Notes: generated by a model from the letters alone, not told the origin. A DNA stretch of 64,000 nucleotides from Hyphomicrobiales bacterium (GCA_027483945.1 JAIXTM010000003.1:55873-119872), one strand, 5' to 3'. Positions 37,001 through 47,291 are shown, counted from the first letter of the stretch. Numbers and translations: made by a program.

Positions 37001-37015
37001 CCGTGCGCGAAAGGG

Positions 37016-38965
37016 TCAACCCGCCTTGCGCTTGTTCTGGCGGTTGGTGATCAGGTCGTCGACGACCGCCGGATCGGCGAGGGTCGACGTGTCGCCGAGA
37101 TTGCCGAACTCGTCCTCGGCGATCTTGCGCAGGATGCGGCGCATGATCTTGCCCGAACGTGTCTTGGGCAGGCCGGGCGCGAACTGGATGAGGTCGGGAG
37201 AGGCGATCGGCCCGATATCCTTGCGCACCCAGTTGACGAGTTCGCGCCGCAGGTCTTCCGAGGGCTGCTCGCCCGCCATCAGGGTCACATAGGCGTAGAT
37301 GCCCTGCCCCTTGATGTCGTGCGGATAGCCGACGACCGCGGCCTCGGACACTTTGGGATGGGCGACGAGGGAGCTCTCGACCTCCGCCGTGCCCATCCGG
37401 TGGCCGGAGACGTTGATGACGTCGTCCACCCGGCCCGTGATCCAGTAATAGCCGTCCGCGTCGCGGCGGCAGCCGTCGCCGGTGAAGTACTTGCCCTTGT
37501 AGGTGGAGAAGTACGTCTCCTCGAACCGCTTGTGGTCGCCGTAGACGGTGCGCATCTGGCCCGGCCAGCTGTCGGCGATGCACAGGTTGCCCTCGCAGGC
37601 GCCCTCCAGCACTTTGCCCTCGGCGTCCACGATTTCCGGCTTCACGCCGAAGAAGGGCCGCGTCGCCGATCCGGGCTTGAGGCTCGTCGCGCCGGGAAGC
37701 GGCGTGATGAGGATGCCGCCGGTCTCCGTCTGCCACCACGTGTCCACGATGGGGCAGCGATCGTCGCCCACGACCCGGTGATACCATTCCCACGCTTCGG
37801 GATTGATCGGCTCGCCGACCGAGCCGAGCAGCCTGAGCGATGCACGGGACGTCTTCTTCACCGGCTCGTCGCCCGCCTGCATCAGCGCGCGGATGGCGGT
37901 CGGCGCGGTGTAGAAGATGTTGACCTTGTGCTTGTCGATGACCTCCCAGAACCGGGAGAGCGAGGGATAGTTCGGCACACCCTCGAACATCAGCGTCGTC
38001 GCGCCGTTCGCCAGCGGTCCGTACAGGATGTAGCTGTGGCCGGTGACCCAGCCCACGTCGGCCGTGCACCAGTAGATGTCGCCGTCGTGGTAGTCGAAGA
38101 CGTATTGATGCGTCATCGCAGCGTAGACGAGGTAGCCCGCGGTCGTGTGCAGCACGCCCTTGGGCTTTCCCGTCGAGCCGGACGTGTAGAGGATGAACAG
38201 CGGGTCCTCCGCGTCCATCTCCGCGGCCGGGCACTCGTCGGTGACCATGGCGGCCGCCTCGTGCCACCACACGTCGCGGCCGGCCTCCATGGCGACCTCG
38301 CCGCCGGTGCGGCGCACGACGATGACGTGATCGACATTGCCGACCTTGGCGATGGCGGCGTCGACATTGGCCTTCAGAGGGACCTTCTTGCCGCCGCGCA
38401 GGCCCTCGTCCGCCGTGATGATGACGCGCGAGCCGCAATCCTCGATGCGGCCGGCGAGCGAATCCGGCGAGAAGCCGCCGAACACGACCGAGTGGACCGC
38501 CCCGAGCCGGGCGCAGGCCAGCATCGCATAGGCCGCCTCGGGGATCATTGGCATGTAGATCGTGACCCGGTCGCCCTTCTTCACCTCGCGGTTGCGCAGC
38601 ACGTTGGCCATGCGGCACACCTCGGCGTGCAGCTCGCGATAGGTGATCTTGCGGTCGTCCTTCGGATCGTCGCCTTCCCAGATGATCGCGACCTGATCGC
38701 CGCGGGTCTTCAGGTGGCGGTCGATGCAATTCCAGGCGACGTTGGTGCGCCCATCCTCGAACCATTTGATGGAGATGTTGCCCGGGGCGTAGCTGACGTT
38801 CTTCACCCGGGTGAAGGGCTTCATCCACTCGATGCGCCCGGCCTCTTCGCGCCAGAACCCTTCCGGGTCGCGGACCGAGGCCTCGTACTTCGCCCGGTAG
38901 GCCGCATCGTCCAGATAGGCGCGCCGGGCCCACTCGGCCGGGACGGGATAGGTCTTCACTTCCAT
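37016..38965 (-). CDS. acs: acetyl-CoA synthetase (AMP-forming)
   Basis: Internal ATG ([12 protein letters not shown]...) of ORF 37016..38998, with AGGGGGA upstream. [20 protein letters not shown], and C-terminal [17 protein letters not shown]. Confidence 0.95.
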   Translation of the reverse strand: MEVKTYPVPAEWARRAYLDDAAYRAKYEASVRDPEGFWREEAGRIEWMKPFTRVKNVSYAPGNISIKWFEDGRTNVAWNCIDRHLKTRGDQVAIIWEGDDPKDDRKITYRELHAEVCRMANVLRNREVKKGDRVTIYMPMIPEAAYAMLACARLGAVHSVVFGGFSPDSLAGRIEDCGSRVIITADEGLRGGKKVPLKANVDAAIAKVGNVDHVIVVRRTGGEVAMEAGRDVWWHEAAAMVTDECPAAEMDAEDPLFILYTSGSTGKPKGVLHTTAGYLVYAAMTHQYVFDYHDGDIYWCTADVGWVTGHSYILYGPLANGATTLMFEGVPNYPSLSRFWEVIDKHKVNIFYTAPTAIRALMQAGDEPVKKTSRASLRLLGSVGEPINPEAWEWYHRVVGDDRCPIVDTWWQTETGGILITPLPGATSLKPGSATRPFFGVKPEIVDAEGKVLEGACEGNLCIADSWPGQMRTVYGDHKRFEETYFSTYKGKYFTGDGCRRDADGYYWITGRVDDVINVSGHRMGTAEVESSLVAHPKVSEAAVVGYPHDIKGQGIYAYVTLMAGEQPSEDLRRELVNWVRKDIGPIASPDLIQFAPGLPKTRSGKIMRRILRKIAEDEFGNLGDTSTLADPAVVDDLITNRQNKRKAG

Positions 38966-39058
38966 CGGGCAGTCCCCCTTGGATCGGGCGCGCTTCAAGG
39001 CGCGCTCTTGCGCGTTGATTATCTGATCGGCGCGGGCACGGACAAGGCGGCTCGGCTT

Positions 39059-39086
39059 GCCACTTTGGCTATGCGTCCAAAGTGGC
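39059..39086. promoter_or_regulatory. perfect 10-bp inverted repeat GCCACTTTGG-N8-CCAAAGTGGC between prpE-like and acs genes
   Basis: Read directly from the sequence. It lies 21 nt downstream of the prpE-like stop and about 95 nt upstream of the acs ATG. No U-tract follows on either strand. Confidence 0.35.
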
Positions 39087-39106
39087 GTGCGATAACCCGG
39101 GCGGGC

Positions 39107-41047
39107 TCAAGACCCGCCGTGCACGCCCCGCGCGGACAGGGCCGCGGCGATCTCGTCGAACACCGCCGGATCCTCGACCGTCGCCGGCATGGTCCAGGCC
39201 GCGCCGTCGGCGATCTTCTTCATCGTGCCGCGCAGGATCTTCCCGGAGCGCGTCTTGGGCAGGCGCCGCACGGCGATGGCGAGCTTGAAGGCGGCCACCG
39301 GCCCGATCCGGTCGCGCACCAGGGCGACGATCTCCTTCTCGACCTGCTCGGGCGGCGTCTCCACGCCCGATTTCAGCACGATGAACCCGCAGGGCACCTC
39401 GCCCTTCAGCGCGTCGGCGACGCCGATCACGGCGCATTCGGCCACCGCGGGATGGGAGGACAGCGCCTCCTCCATCCCGCCGGTGGAGAGCCGGTGTCCG
39501 GCGACGTTGATGATGTCGTCGGTCCGGCCCATCACGTAGACGTAGCCGTCCGCGTCGATATAGCCGGCATCCGAGGTGCAGTAATGGCCCGGGAACAGCG
39601 AGGTGTAGCTTTCCCTGAACCGCTGGTCGGCGTTCCACAAGGTGGGCAGCGCGCCGGGCGGCAGCGGCAGCGTGGCGGCGAGCGTTCCCATCTCGCCGGC
39701 GGGGAGCGGACGGCCCTGTTCGTCCAGCACCTTCAGTTCCCAGCCGGGCATCGGCACCGTGGGCGAGCCGTATTTCACCGGGAGCTTCTCCACGCCGAGA
39801 GGGTTGCCGCAGATCGGCCAGCCCGTCTCGGTCTGCCACCAATGGTCGATGACGGGTACGCCGATGAGGCGCTCGGCCCACATCACCGTGTCCGGGTCGG
39901 CGCGCTCCCCCGCCAGGAACAGGGCCCGGAAGCGGGACAGGTCGCGCCCGGCGAGGAGCCGGCCCTCCGGGTCCTCCTTCTTGATCGCCCGGAAAGCGGT
40001 CGGCGCGGTGAAGAGCGTCACCACGCCGTGCTGCGCGATGACCCGCCAATAGGCGCCCGCATCGGGCGTCCCCACGGGCTTGCCCTCGTAGAGCACGCTC
40101 GTCGCACCGTGGATGAGCGGGCCGTAGACGATGTAGGAATGCCCGACGACCCAGCCGATGTCGGAGGCCGTCCAGAACACCTCGCCCGGCGCGATGCCGT
40201 AGAGATGGCTCATGCTCCAGGCGAGGGCCACCATGTGCCCGCCATTGTCGCGCACCACGCCCTTGGGCTTGCCCGTCGTGCCCGACGTGTAGAGCACGTA
40301 GAGCGGATCGGTCGCCGCGACGGTCACGCACTCGGCCTTGCGGCCTGCCGCGCGCGTCTGCGCGACGGTCTCGGCCCAGTCCCGGTCCCGACCCTCGACG
40401 AGGGCGGCCTGCGCCTGCGGGCGCTGCAGCACGAGGCAGGCGCGCGGCTTGTGCGACGCCATCGCGATCGCCTCGTCCAGAAGCGGCTTGTAGGGCACGA
40501 CGCGCTGGGCCTCGATGCCGCAGGATGCGGCGAGGATCACGCCGGGCTGGGCGTCGTCGATGCGGGCCGCCAGTTCCTTGGCGGCGAAACCGCCGAACAC
40601 GACCGAATGCACCGCGCCGATGCGCGCGCAGGCCAGCATCGCCGCCACGGCCTCCGGCACCATCGGCATGTAGATGACGACGCGGTCGCCTTTTGCGACG
40701 CCCATGTCCTGCAGCAGGGCGGCGAGCGTCGCCACCTCGTCCAGCATCTCGGCGTAGGTGATGTGCCGGACCGCGCCGGTGACCGGGCTGTCGTGGATGA
40801 TCGCGGTCTGGCCGCCGCGACCGCCCGCGACGTGCCGGTCCAGCGCGTTGTGGCAGGTGTTGCAGGTCGCGTCGGGGAACCAGCGCCCATAGGGGCCGCT
40901 ATCGGCATCGAAAGCGCGCCGCGGCGGGCTGACCCAGTCGATCGCCCTGGCCGCCGCCAGCCAGAAGCCTTCGCGGTCGCTCGTCCACTGCCCGTACACA
41001 TCGCGATAGCTGCGTTCCGCGATCGTGCCGGCGGCCTGCGCGCTCAT
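39107..41047 (-). CDS. prpE: propionate--CoA ligase-like AMP-forming acyl-CoA synthetase
   Basis: Internal ATG (MSAQAAGTIAERSYRDVYGQW) of ORF 39107..41146, with GGGGGA upstream. Colinear with the PrpE pattern (VVFGGFAAKELAARIDDAQP..., [49 protein letters not shown]). Confidence 0.75.
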   Translation of the reverse strand: MSAQAAGTIAERSYRDVYGQWTSDREGFWLAAARAIDWVSPPRRAFDADSGPYGRWFPDATCNTCHNALDRHVAGGRGGQTAIIHDSPVTGAVRHITYAEMLDEVATLAALLQDMGVAKGDRVVIYMPMVPEAVAAMLACARIGAVHSVVFGGFAAKELAARIDDAQPGVILAASCGIEAQRVVPYKPLLDEAIAMASHKPRACLVLQRPQAQAALVEGRDRDWAETVAQTRAAGRKAECVTVAATDPLYVLYTSGTTGKPKGVVRDNGGHMVALAWSMSHLYGIAPGEVFWTASDIGWVVGHSYIVYGPLIHGATSVLYEGKPVGTPDAGAYWRVIAQHGVVTLFTAPTAFRAIKKEDPEGRLLAGRDLSRFRALFLAGERADPDTVMWAERLIGVPVIDHWWQTETGWPICGNPLGVEKLPVKYGSPTVPMPGWELKVLDEQGRPLPAGEMGTLAATLPLPPGALPTLWNADQRFRESYTSLFPGHYCTSDAGYIDADGYVYVMGRTDDIINVAGHRLSTGGMEEALSSHPAVAECAVIGVADALKGEVPCGFIVLKSGVETPPEQVEKEIVALVRDRIGPVAAFKLAIAVRRLPKTRSGKILRGTMKKIADGAAWTMPATVEDPAVFDEIAAALSARGVHGGS

Positions 41048-41214
41048 GGTCGGTCTCCCCCGCGCCGGGCTCCGCTTGGCTTTGCATGGCAGGCCCGCGC
41101 GCAATGCGTTTGCGCGAACAGTGCCGCCGTCCCATAGGTGAGGCAACCGGCCCGTGCACCCGACTTTCGGCGTGCCACGAAAGACGGTTCCCGCCCCTTC
41201 GCCAAGTCCATGCG

Positions 41215-41970
41215 ATGATCGCCGATCCCGTCTTCTACGCCGCCGCGGTCCCGGCCGTGATCCTGATGGGCCTGGCCAAGGGCGGCTTTTCCGGCATCGG
41301 GCTCTTGTCCCTGCCGCTGATGGCGCTGGTGGTGTCGCCGGTCCAGGCGGCGGCGATCACGCTGCCGATCCTCCTGGTCCAAGATGCGGTGAGCGTCTGG
41401 GCCTACCGCAAGCAATGGGACGGCCGGAACGTCGTGATCCTGGCCTGCGGCGCCGTCTTCGGCATCCTCGCGGGCTATCTGCTGGCGGCGCAGGTGTCGG
41501 ACGCCGTCGTCCGTCTGGCGATCGGCCTGATCTCGGTGGCCTTCGCGATCCAGCGGCTGGCGCTGGGGGCGCGGGCCAAGATCACGGGCGCCGCGGTCGC
41601 GCCGGGTCTGTTCTGGGGCGCCGTGTCCGGCTTCACCAGCTTCGTGGCCCATGCCGGCGGGCCGCCCTTCCAGGTCTACGTGATGCCGCAGAAGATGCAC
41701 CGCGAGCTCTTCGCCGGCACGGGCGCGGTGTTTTTCGCGATCATCAACCTCATCAAGGCGCCGCCCTACTTCGCCCTCGGGCAGTTCACCCGCGAGAACC
41801 TGACCACGGCGGCGGTCCTCTTTCCGGTCGCCATCGTCTCGACCTGGGCCGGCGTCGTGCTGGTGCGCCGCGTCTCCGGCGAGCGCTTCTACACCATCGT
41901 CTATCTGCTGCTGATCGGCGTCGGCGGGAAGCTGATCGTGGACGGCCTGCTGCCGCTTGTCAGGGCTTGA
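41215..41970 (+). CDS. TauE/SafE family sulfite/anion exporter-like membrane protein
   Basis: Internal ATG of ORF 41086..41970. The protein is 251 aa with about 8 TM and a duplicated GxxGGxxG-like motif (GLAKGGFSGIG ... FVAHAGGPPF). Confidence 0.8.
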   Translation: MIADPVFYAAAVPAVILMGLAKGGFSGIGLLSLPLMALVVSPVQAAAITLPILLVQDAVSVWAYRKQWDGRNVVILACGAVFGILAGYLLAAQVSDAVVRLAIGLISVAFAIQRLALGARAKITGAAVAPGLFWGAVSGFTSFVAHAGGPPFQVYVMPQKMHRELFAGTGAVFFAIINLIKAPPYFALGQFTRENLTTAAVLFPVAIVSTWAGVVLVRRVSGERFYTIVYLLLIGVGGKLIVDGLLPLVRA

Positions 41971-43177
41971 AGACCTCGATCAGGTCGTCCAGCCCGTCGG
42001 CCGCATAGGCCCCGATCCGCGCCGGAGCCGTCCAGAGATGGTCGGCGAACTCGCGCGTCATCAGCAGGGGCTCGGCGAGCTGCTTGTTGAGCTTGGCGAC
42101 GCGGCTCGCGACGTTCACGTCCCGGCCGACCACGGTGAAGTCGAGCCGGGTGCCGGAGCCCACATTCCCGTAGGCGACCTCGCCGTGGTGGAGCGCGATG
42201 CCGGCCTCGAAGCGCTCCACCTCGCTGACCTCGCTGTTCCGGACGGCGATGCATCGCAGCCCCTCGCGCGCCGCCTCGAGCGCCGATTGCGGCGCCCCGC
42301 CGGTATCGTCGCCCTGGTCGCGGAAGATGGCGAGCAGGCCGTCGCCCATATATTTCAGGACCTCCCCGCCCTCCGCCTCGATCTGCGGCACGAGGCAGTC
42401 GAAATAGTCGTTGAGGAGGTTCGCCACTGCCTCCGGCTCCATGGAGGAGGTGCGCCGCGTATAGCCGCGCATGTCGGCGAACAGGATGGCGGAGCGGATG
42501 CGCTTGATCTGCCCGCGATGGACCGAGCCCGCGAGGATCTCGTCGCGCGGATCGCTCCCCACATAGGTGGAGAGGATCTGGTTGAGCCGCTGGTTTCCCG
42601 CCGAGATCTCCACATAGACCGTCAGGGCCGGCAGGACGTAACGCAGCAGCGCCTCCGCCTCGGGCGTGAAGCCCTCCGGCGCGCGCGTGGCGAAGGCCAC
42701 CCCGTTGTCGTCGCCATTGGCGAAGAAGATCGGATAGCAGAAATAGTGGACATAGCCGTCCGCCTTCAGCTGCGGGACGATGCCGAACCGGTCGTCAGGC
42801 GTCGTCGGCAGCCACAGCGACAGGGGCTGGCGGGACTGGTGGACGTGGAAGAAGGGGCTGCGCTCGTATTGCTCGCGCGAGCCCGGCCGGTAGGCGAAGG
42901 CCTCGCGCCGCACCGGCTCGCCCCTCACCCAGAACCGCGCCACGGCCGACAATTCGGCGTGGAGCGTCGTGACGGTGACGGTGGCCCTGTCGATGGGCAC
43001 TCCGGCTTCGACCAGCTTCTCGCAGAACTGCGCGAAGACGTGGTCACCGTCGCCCGATAGCCGGGCCTCGCAGATCAGCCAGTCGCGGATGGCATCGCCC
43101 GCGGCGCGCGCCTGCGCTCCCAGGCCACCGATGGCGGCAGGGACAAGCAGGGAGGCGAGCGGAGCGGCGTCTGTCAC
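41960..43177 (-). CDS. class III adenylate/guanylate cyclase with uncharacterised ~200-aa N-terminal domain
   Basis: ORF 41960..43177. The cyclase core is AILFADMRGYT...KYMGDGLLAIF...GIALHHGEVAYGNVGS..RLDFTVVGRDVNVASR. The 3' end overlaps the convergent TauE gene by 11 nt. Confidence 0.85.
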   Translation of the reverse strand: MTDAAPLASLLVPAAIGGLGAQARAAGDAIRDWLICEARLSGDGDHVFAQFCEKLVEAGVPIDRATVTVTTLHAELSAVARFWVRGEPVRREAFAYRPGSREQYERSPFFHVHQSRQPLSLWLPTTPDDRFGIVPQLKADGYVHYFCYPIFFANGDDNGVAFATRAPEGFTPEAEALLRYVLPALTVYVEISAGNQRLNQILSTYVGSDPRDEILAGSVHRGQIKRIRSAILFADMRGYTRRTSSMEPEAVANLLNDYFDCLVPQIEAEGGEVLKYMGDGLLAIFRDQGDDTGGAPQSALEAAREGLRCIAVRNSEVSEVERFEAGIALHHGEVAYGNVGSGTRLDFTVVGRDVNVASRVAKLNKQLAEPLLMTREFADHLWTAPARIGAYAADGLDDLIEVFKP

Positions 43178-43254
43178 TGGCGCAAGCTGTGCGTTCGCGC
43201 CCCCGACTTCAAGGGCCGCCGCGCCTGTCGGCGCCCCAGCGTTGCGCCCACGCC

Positions 43255-44160
43255 TCAGGCCTCCGCGGAGCGGGCCTTCAGGACTGTCACCGCCTTCGGC
43301 TTCACCTGGAAGCGCATCGGCGTGCGTTCGTAGAAGAGTTCGCCGTCCCGGGTGATCCAGCGGCGCGGCCGTGTGCCGGAGATCATGAAGGAGCGCGCGG
43401 CGAAGGTCTCGATATCGGGATTGTCCCGCCAGGCCCCGGTGACGAGGTCACGGCCGAGCATCGCCCGGCGCAGCATCGAGACATCCTTGGCGACGTGGAT
43501 CTCGATCAGACCCCCGTCGAGATTCGCGCGGCGCCAGTCGGTGCCCCCGAACCGGTTGGCCGTGACCAGCACCGCATAGGCATCGAGCACATGGGCATCG
43601 CCGCCGGTCTCCACCATGACGGTGAAACGGCCGCTCTGGCGGAAGGCGCGGAAATGCGACATGGCCCAGGCCGCGTGCCGCCCGAGCACCGGCAGCGAGA
43701 GGTCGCGCAGCCGCTCCCGCGCCCGCGCCACGTGGGCGAAATAGCCGAGGCCGCAGACGGAATGGAACGGCTTGCCGTTGATGAGGCCGAGATCGATCCG
43801 CATCGGCTCGGCCGCCGCCAGGGTCTCCACCGCCTGCTCGTAGGGGAAGGGGATTCCGAGGTCGCGGGCCAGGATGTTGATCGTGCCCAGCGGCAGCACG
43901 CCCAGTGTCTTGTCGCTGTCCGTCAGGATCGACAGCGCGCGCCCCACCGTGCCGTCGCCGCCGCCGATCAGGATCGTGTCGTGGTCGGAGACCTTGGCCT
44001 GCCGCAGGTGGTCGCCGATCGAGCGGGGCTTGGCGAGGACGACGTCGACGCGATCGCCCCGCGCCGAGAAGGCGCGCTTGAGCGTGCCGGCCGGGTCCGG
44101 GACCTGTCCGTCCAGGAACGTGCCCGCGCGGGCGTTCAGAATGGCGAGGATCTTGCGCAT
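43255..44160 (-). CDS. diacylglycerol-kinase-catalytic-domain lipid kinase (YegS/BmrU-like)
   Basis: ORF 43255..44160. ILIGGGDGTVG and LGVLPLGTINILARDLGIP motifs. Confidence 0.85.
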   Translation of the reverse strand: MRKILAILNARAGTFLDGQVPDPAGTLKRAFSARGDRVDVVLAKPRSIGDHLRQAKVSDHDTILIGGGDGTVGRALSILTDSDKTLGVLPLGTINILARDLGIPFPYEQAVETLAAAEPMRIDLGLINGKPFHSVCGLGYFAHVARARERLRDLSLPVLGRHAAWAMSHFRAFRQSGRFTVMVETGGDAHVLDAYAVLVTANRFGGTDWRRANLDGGLIEIHVAKDVSMLRRAMLGRDLVTGAWRDNPDIETFAARSFMISGTRPRRWITRDGELFYERTPMRFQVKPKAVTVLKARSAEA

Positions 44161-44249
44161 CGGCTCTGGAGATGGGGTCGCGACAGTCCAAACGCCACGG
44201 ACTGCCGTTCCGTTCCGTCACCGTGCATGGCGGCGCTCCCGCCGCGCCC

Positions 44250-44642
44250 TCAAGCGGGGACGGGTCTTGGCCGGCCGTTCTCGTCGATGGCGACGAAGGT
44301 GAAGGTCGCCTCGGTGACCTTCTCCATGACGTTGGTCTGGAAGCGCTGGGCCCAGGCCTCGATCTCGATCGTCATCGAGGTCCGTCCGATGCGCGTCACG
44401 TCGGTATAGACGCACAGGACATCGCCGACCTTCATCGGCTTCAGGAAGGTCATGGCATCGACCTTGACCGTCACGACGCGCCCCTGCGCGCGCTCCACGC
44501 CGCGGATGCCGCCGGCCTGGTCCATGCAGGCCATGACCCAGCCGCCGAAAATATCGCCGTTGGCGTTGGTGTCGGCGGGCATGGCGATGATGCGCACCGT
44601 CAGGTCGCCGCGCGGGCCGGGTCCTTCCACCATCGGGGTCAT
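44250..44642 (-). CDS. acyl-CoA thioesterase, hotdog fold (YciA-like)
   Basis: ORF 44250..44642. MPADTNANGDIFGGWVMACMDQAGG is the YciA-type signature. Confidence 0.85.
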   Translation of the reverse strand: MTPMVEGPGPRGDLTVRIIAMPADTNANGDIFGGWVMACMDQAGGIRGVERAQGRVVTVKVDAMTFLKPMKVGDVLCVYTDVTRIGRTSMTIEIEAWAQRFQTNVMEKVTEATFTFVAIDENGRPRPVPA

Positions 44643-44660
44643 TGCCGTGCTGTCTCCGTC

Positions 44661-45878
44661 TCAGGCGGGCCGCATGGCGCCGCGCGGCCGCCAGATCAGC
44701 CAGCCGATCAGCGCCAGGTTCAAGAGGTTCCACGCGAAGCCGTTGAGGAAGGCGACGCGGTAGGAGCCGAACATGTCGAAGATGACGCCCGAAATCCAGC
44801 CGCCGACGGCCATGCCGATCATCGTGGCGAAGAGGACCGAGGCGATCCGGCGCCCGGCCTCCCGCGGAGGCAGGAACTCACGGACGATGACCGCATACAT
44901 CGGCACGATGCCGCCCTGGAACAAACCGAAAATGCCCGAAACCACATAGAGCGCGGTCAGCCCGTCGAACCACAGATAGAGGAACAGGGCGACGGCCTGC
45001 ATCAGAGAACCGACGAAGAGCGTCATCGCCCCGCCGATCCGGTCCGCGACGAAGCCCGAGGCGAGGCGGCTGATGATGCCGAGCGCCAGCATGAGGCTCA
45101 GCATCTGCGCGCCGCGGGCCGGTCCGTAGCCGAGATCGCTGCAATAGGCGACGATGTGGACCTGCGGCATGGCCATGGCCATGCAGCAGGCGAAGCCGGC
45201 GACGAAGAGCACGATCTGCAGCGTGCGCGGGCTGATGCCGAGCCCGGCCCGCGCCGCCTCCGTCGCCGCCTCGGCGCTCGCCATGGCGGCCGCGCTCGGC
45301 CGGGCCCGCAGCAGCCAGGCCAGCGGCAGGATGATCGCCGCGCAGGCCAGGCCCATGGCGATGTGCGTGGTGCGCCAGCCATAGGACGTGAAGCCGGCCT
45401 GGATGATGAGCGGCCAGACCGCGCCGGCCATGTAATTGCCCGTCGCGGCGAAGGCGACCGCGATCCCCCGGCGCTTCACGAACCACAGCGACAGGTCGGC
45501 GATGAGCGGCGCGAACCCCGCCGCCGAGCCGAAGCCGACGAGCAGGTGGACGAGCGTGAACTGCCACAGGTCCTGGGACAGGCCGGCAAGCGTATAGCCG
45601 AGGGCAAGCATCACCGCGCCGATGGCCGCGGGCACCGCGATGCCGTGGCGATCGGCGACCCGCCCCATGGCGATCGTGCCGCCGGCGAAGCCGATCATCG
45701 CGAACGTGTAGGCCAGCGAGGCCCCGCCCCTCAGCGCGCCGAATTCCTGCTGAACCGTGGGCAGCGCCACGACGACCGACCAGTTGCCGACGCAGGCGAC
45801 GAGGCCCAGCGCCAGCGACAGAGCGAGCCGGAGCCAGGCATAGGGCGAGTCGGGGGCGTGCTGGACCGCTGGTCTCAT
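44661..45878 (-). CDS. MFS transporter (oxalate/formate antiporter-like subfamily)
   Basis: Internal ATG (MRPAVQHAPDSPYAWLRLAL...) of ORF 44661..46250. About 12 TM and the MFS loop motif GRVADRHG. Confidence 0.85.
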   Translation of the reverse strand: MRPAVQHAPDSPYAWLRLALSLALGLVACVGNWSVVVALPTVQQEFGALRGGASLAYTFAMIGFAGGTIAMGRVADRHGIAVPAAIGAVMLALGYTLAGLSQDLWQFTLVHLLVGFGSAAGFAPLIADLSLWFVKRRGIAVAFAATGNYMAGAVWPLIIQAGFTSYGWRTTHIAMGLACAAIILPLAWLLRARPSAAAMASAEAATEAARAGLGISPRTLQIVLFVAGFACCMAMAMPQVHIVAYCSDLGYGPARGAQMLSLMLALGIISRLASGFVADRIGGAMTLFVGSLMQAVALFLYLWFDGLTALYVVSGIFGLFQGGIVPMYAVIVREFLPPREAGRRIASVLFATMIGMAVGGWISGVIFDMFGSYRVAFLNGFAWNLLNLALIGWLIWRPRGAMRPA

Positions 45879-45966
45879 CGGCGGACATTCCGCACGGGGT
45901 GCCGGCCCGGTCAACCCGGCGGGACCGCCCATATGGGCATCGGCACGGCGGACGAGCGCAGCGGCA

Positions 45967-46464
45967 TCAATCCGGCGCCAGCCGCTCCAGCTGGTCGAAG
46001 GACAGGGAATGGACGTGGAGCGTCTCGCGGCTCGCGCCGAGCGCATCGTAGAACGCCTGACCCTCCGGATTATCGGGCCGGGATGTCCACCACAGATAGG
46101 CGCCGCCCGATTGCAGGACGAGCTGCCCGGCGGCCGCCACCAGCGCCCGCGCGATGCCCCGGCGGCGATGGCCGCGGGCCACGTAGAGACCCTGCATATA
46201 GGCCCCGGCGACGGCCCAGCTCGTCTCGTAGGCCGGATTGAGAGCGGCATAGCCGGCGAGCCGTCCGCCTCCCGCGTCCGCCACGAGCACCATCAATCGC
46301 GGCTGGGGGCCGAGGACGTCGCGCCGGGCGGTCTCGACGCTGAAATGGCCCGTCGGGTGACCCTGCTGCGCCGAGAGGTCGGCGACCATGGCGACGAAGT
46401 CGGGCAGGTCCGCTTCGGCGAGCGGGCGAATGGTGCAAGCGCCGGTCATGGCGGGGCCCTCCAT
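45967..46464 (-). CDS. GNAT family N-acetyltransferase
   Basis: ORF 45967..46464, with GGAGGG 5 nt upstream (alternative ATG at 46449). The acetyl-CoA motif is LYVARGHRRRGIARALV. Confidence 0.8.
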   Translation of the reverse strand: MEGPAMTGACTIRPLAEADLPDFVAMVADLSAQQGHPTGHFSVETARRDVLGPQPRLMVLVADAGGGRLAGYAALNPAYETSWAVAGAYMQGLYVARGHRRRGIARALVAAAGQLVLQSGGAYLWWTSRPDNPEGQAFYDALGASRETLHVHSLSFDQLERLAPD

Positions 46465-46610
46465 CGATTCCCTCCGGCAGGATAATCCCGTGCAGGATTG
46501 CCCGCGCGGGTCGCGTCATTGGGCGTCGTCCAGGAGCTTCGCGCCTCTGGCGAAGCGGCGGCGCCGTGCTTAGCTGTCGCCTCGCCATCCCGCACCGGCC
46601 GGAGACCCTC

Positions 46611-47291
46611 ATGCTGAAATTCTACTTCAACGGCTCGCCGAACCCCTCCAAGGTCGCCCTGTTCCTCGAGGAGGCTGGCCTGCCCTACGAGCCGGTGCAG
46701 GTCGACACGCGCCGCGGCCAGCAATTCGACGCCGCTTTCCTGAAGGTCAATCCCAACGGCAAGGTGCCCGCCATCCTGGATGGCGACGTGGCCGTCTTCG
46801 ATTCCAACGCGATCCTGCTCTATCTCGCCGAGAAGACCGGGCAGTTCCTCCCCGCAGGCGGCGACCGGGTTCGCGGGGAGCTCTTGTCCTGGCTGATGTT
46901 CGTCGCGACCGGCATCGGGCCCTTCTCGGGCCAGGCCGTGCATTTCAGGCACTTCTCGCCGGAGAAGGTGCCCTACGCCCATGATCGCTACCAGTACGAG
47001 GCGATGCGCCATTTTACCGTGCTGGACGAGCGTCTCGAAGGCCGCGACTGGGTCGTCGGCGATGCCTATTCCATCGTCGACATGGCCGTCTGGGGGTGGA
47101 CGCGGATGACCGCTTTCGTCCTGGGCGAGGACGCGCTCGCCAGGCTGCCCAACGTGAAGCGGCACCACGACGCCATCGCGGCCCGGCCGGCTGCGGCGCG
47201 CGCGCTCGCCCTCAAGGATCGCTTCACCTGGAAGAGCGAGATGGACGACGAGGCGCGCCGCCACATGTTCAAGCATCTCAAGAGCGCCTGA
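46611..47291 (+). CDS. glutathione S-transferase family protein
   Basis: Internal ATG at 46611 of ORF 46566..47291, with GGAGA 5 nt upstream. The thioredoxin-like N-domain reads ...KVALFLEEAGLPYE...NPNGKVPAILDGD..VFDSNAILLYLAEK. Confidence 0.85.
   Translation: MLKFYFNGSPNPSKVALFLEEAGLPYEPVQVDTRRGQQFDAAFLKVNPNGKVPAILDGDVAVFDSNAILLYLAEKTGQFLPAGGDRVRGELLSWLMFVATGIGPFSGQAVHFRHFSPEKVPYAHDRYQYEAMRHFTVLDERLEGRDWVVGDAYSIVDMAVWGWTRMTAFVLGEDALARLPNVKRHHDAIAARPAAARALALKDRFTWKSEMDDEARRHMFKHLKSA

Noticed and set aside
36905-41137. A 1410-aa plus-strand ORF.
   Set aside because: It is antisense to acs and the prpE-like gene, whose AMP-binding and SGKI(M/L)RR motifs are unambiguous. It shows the typical high-GC shadow composition.
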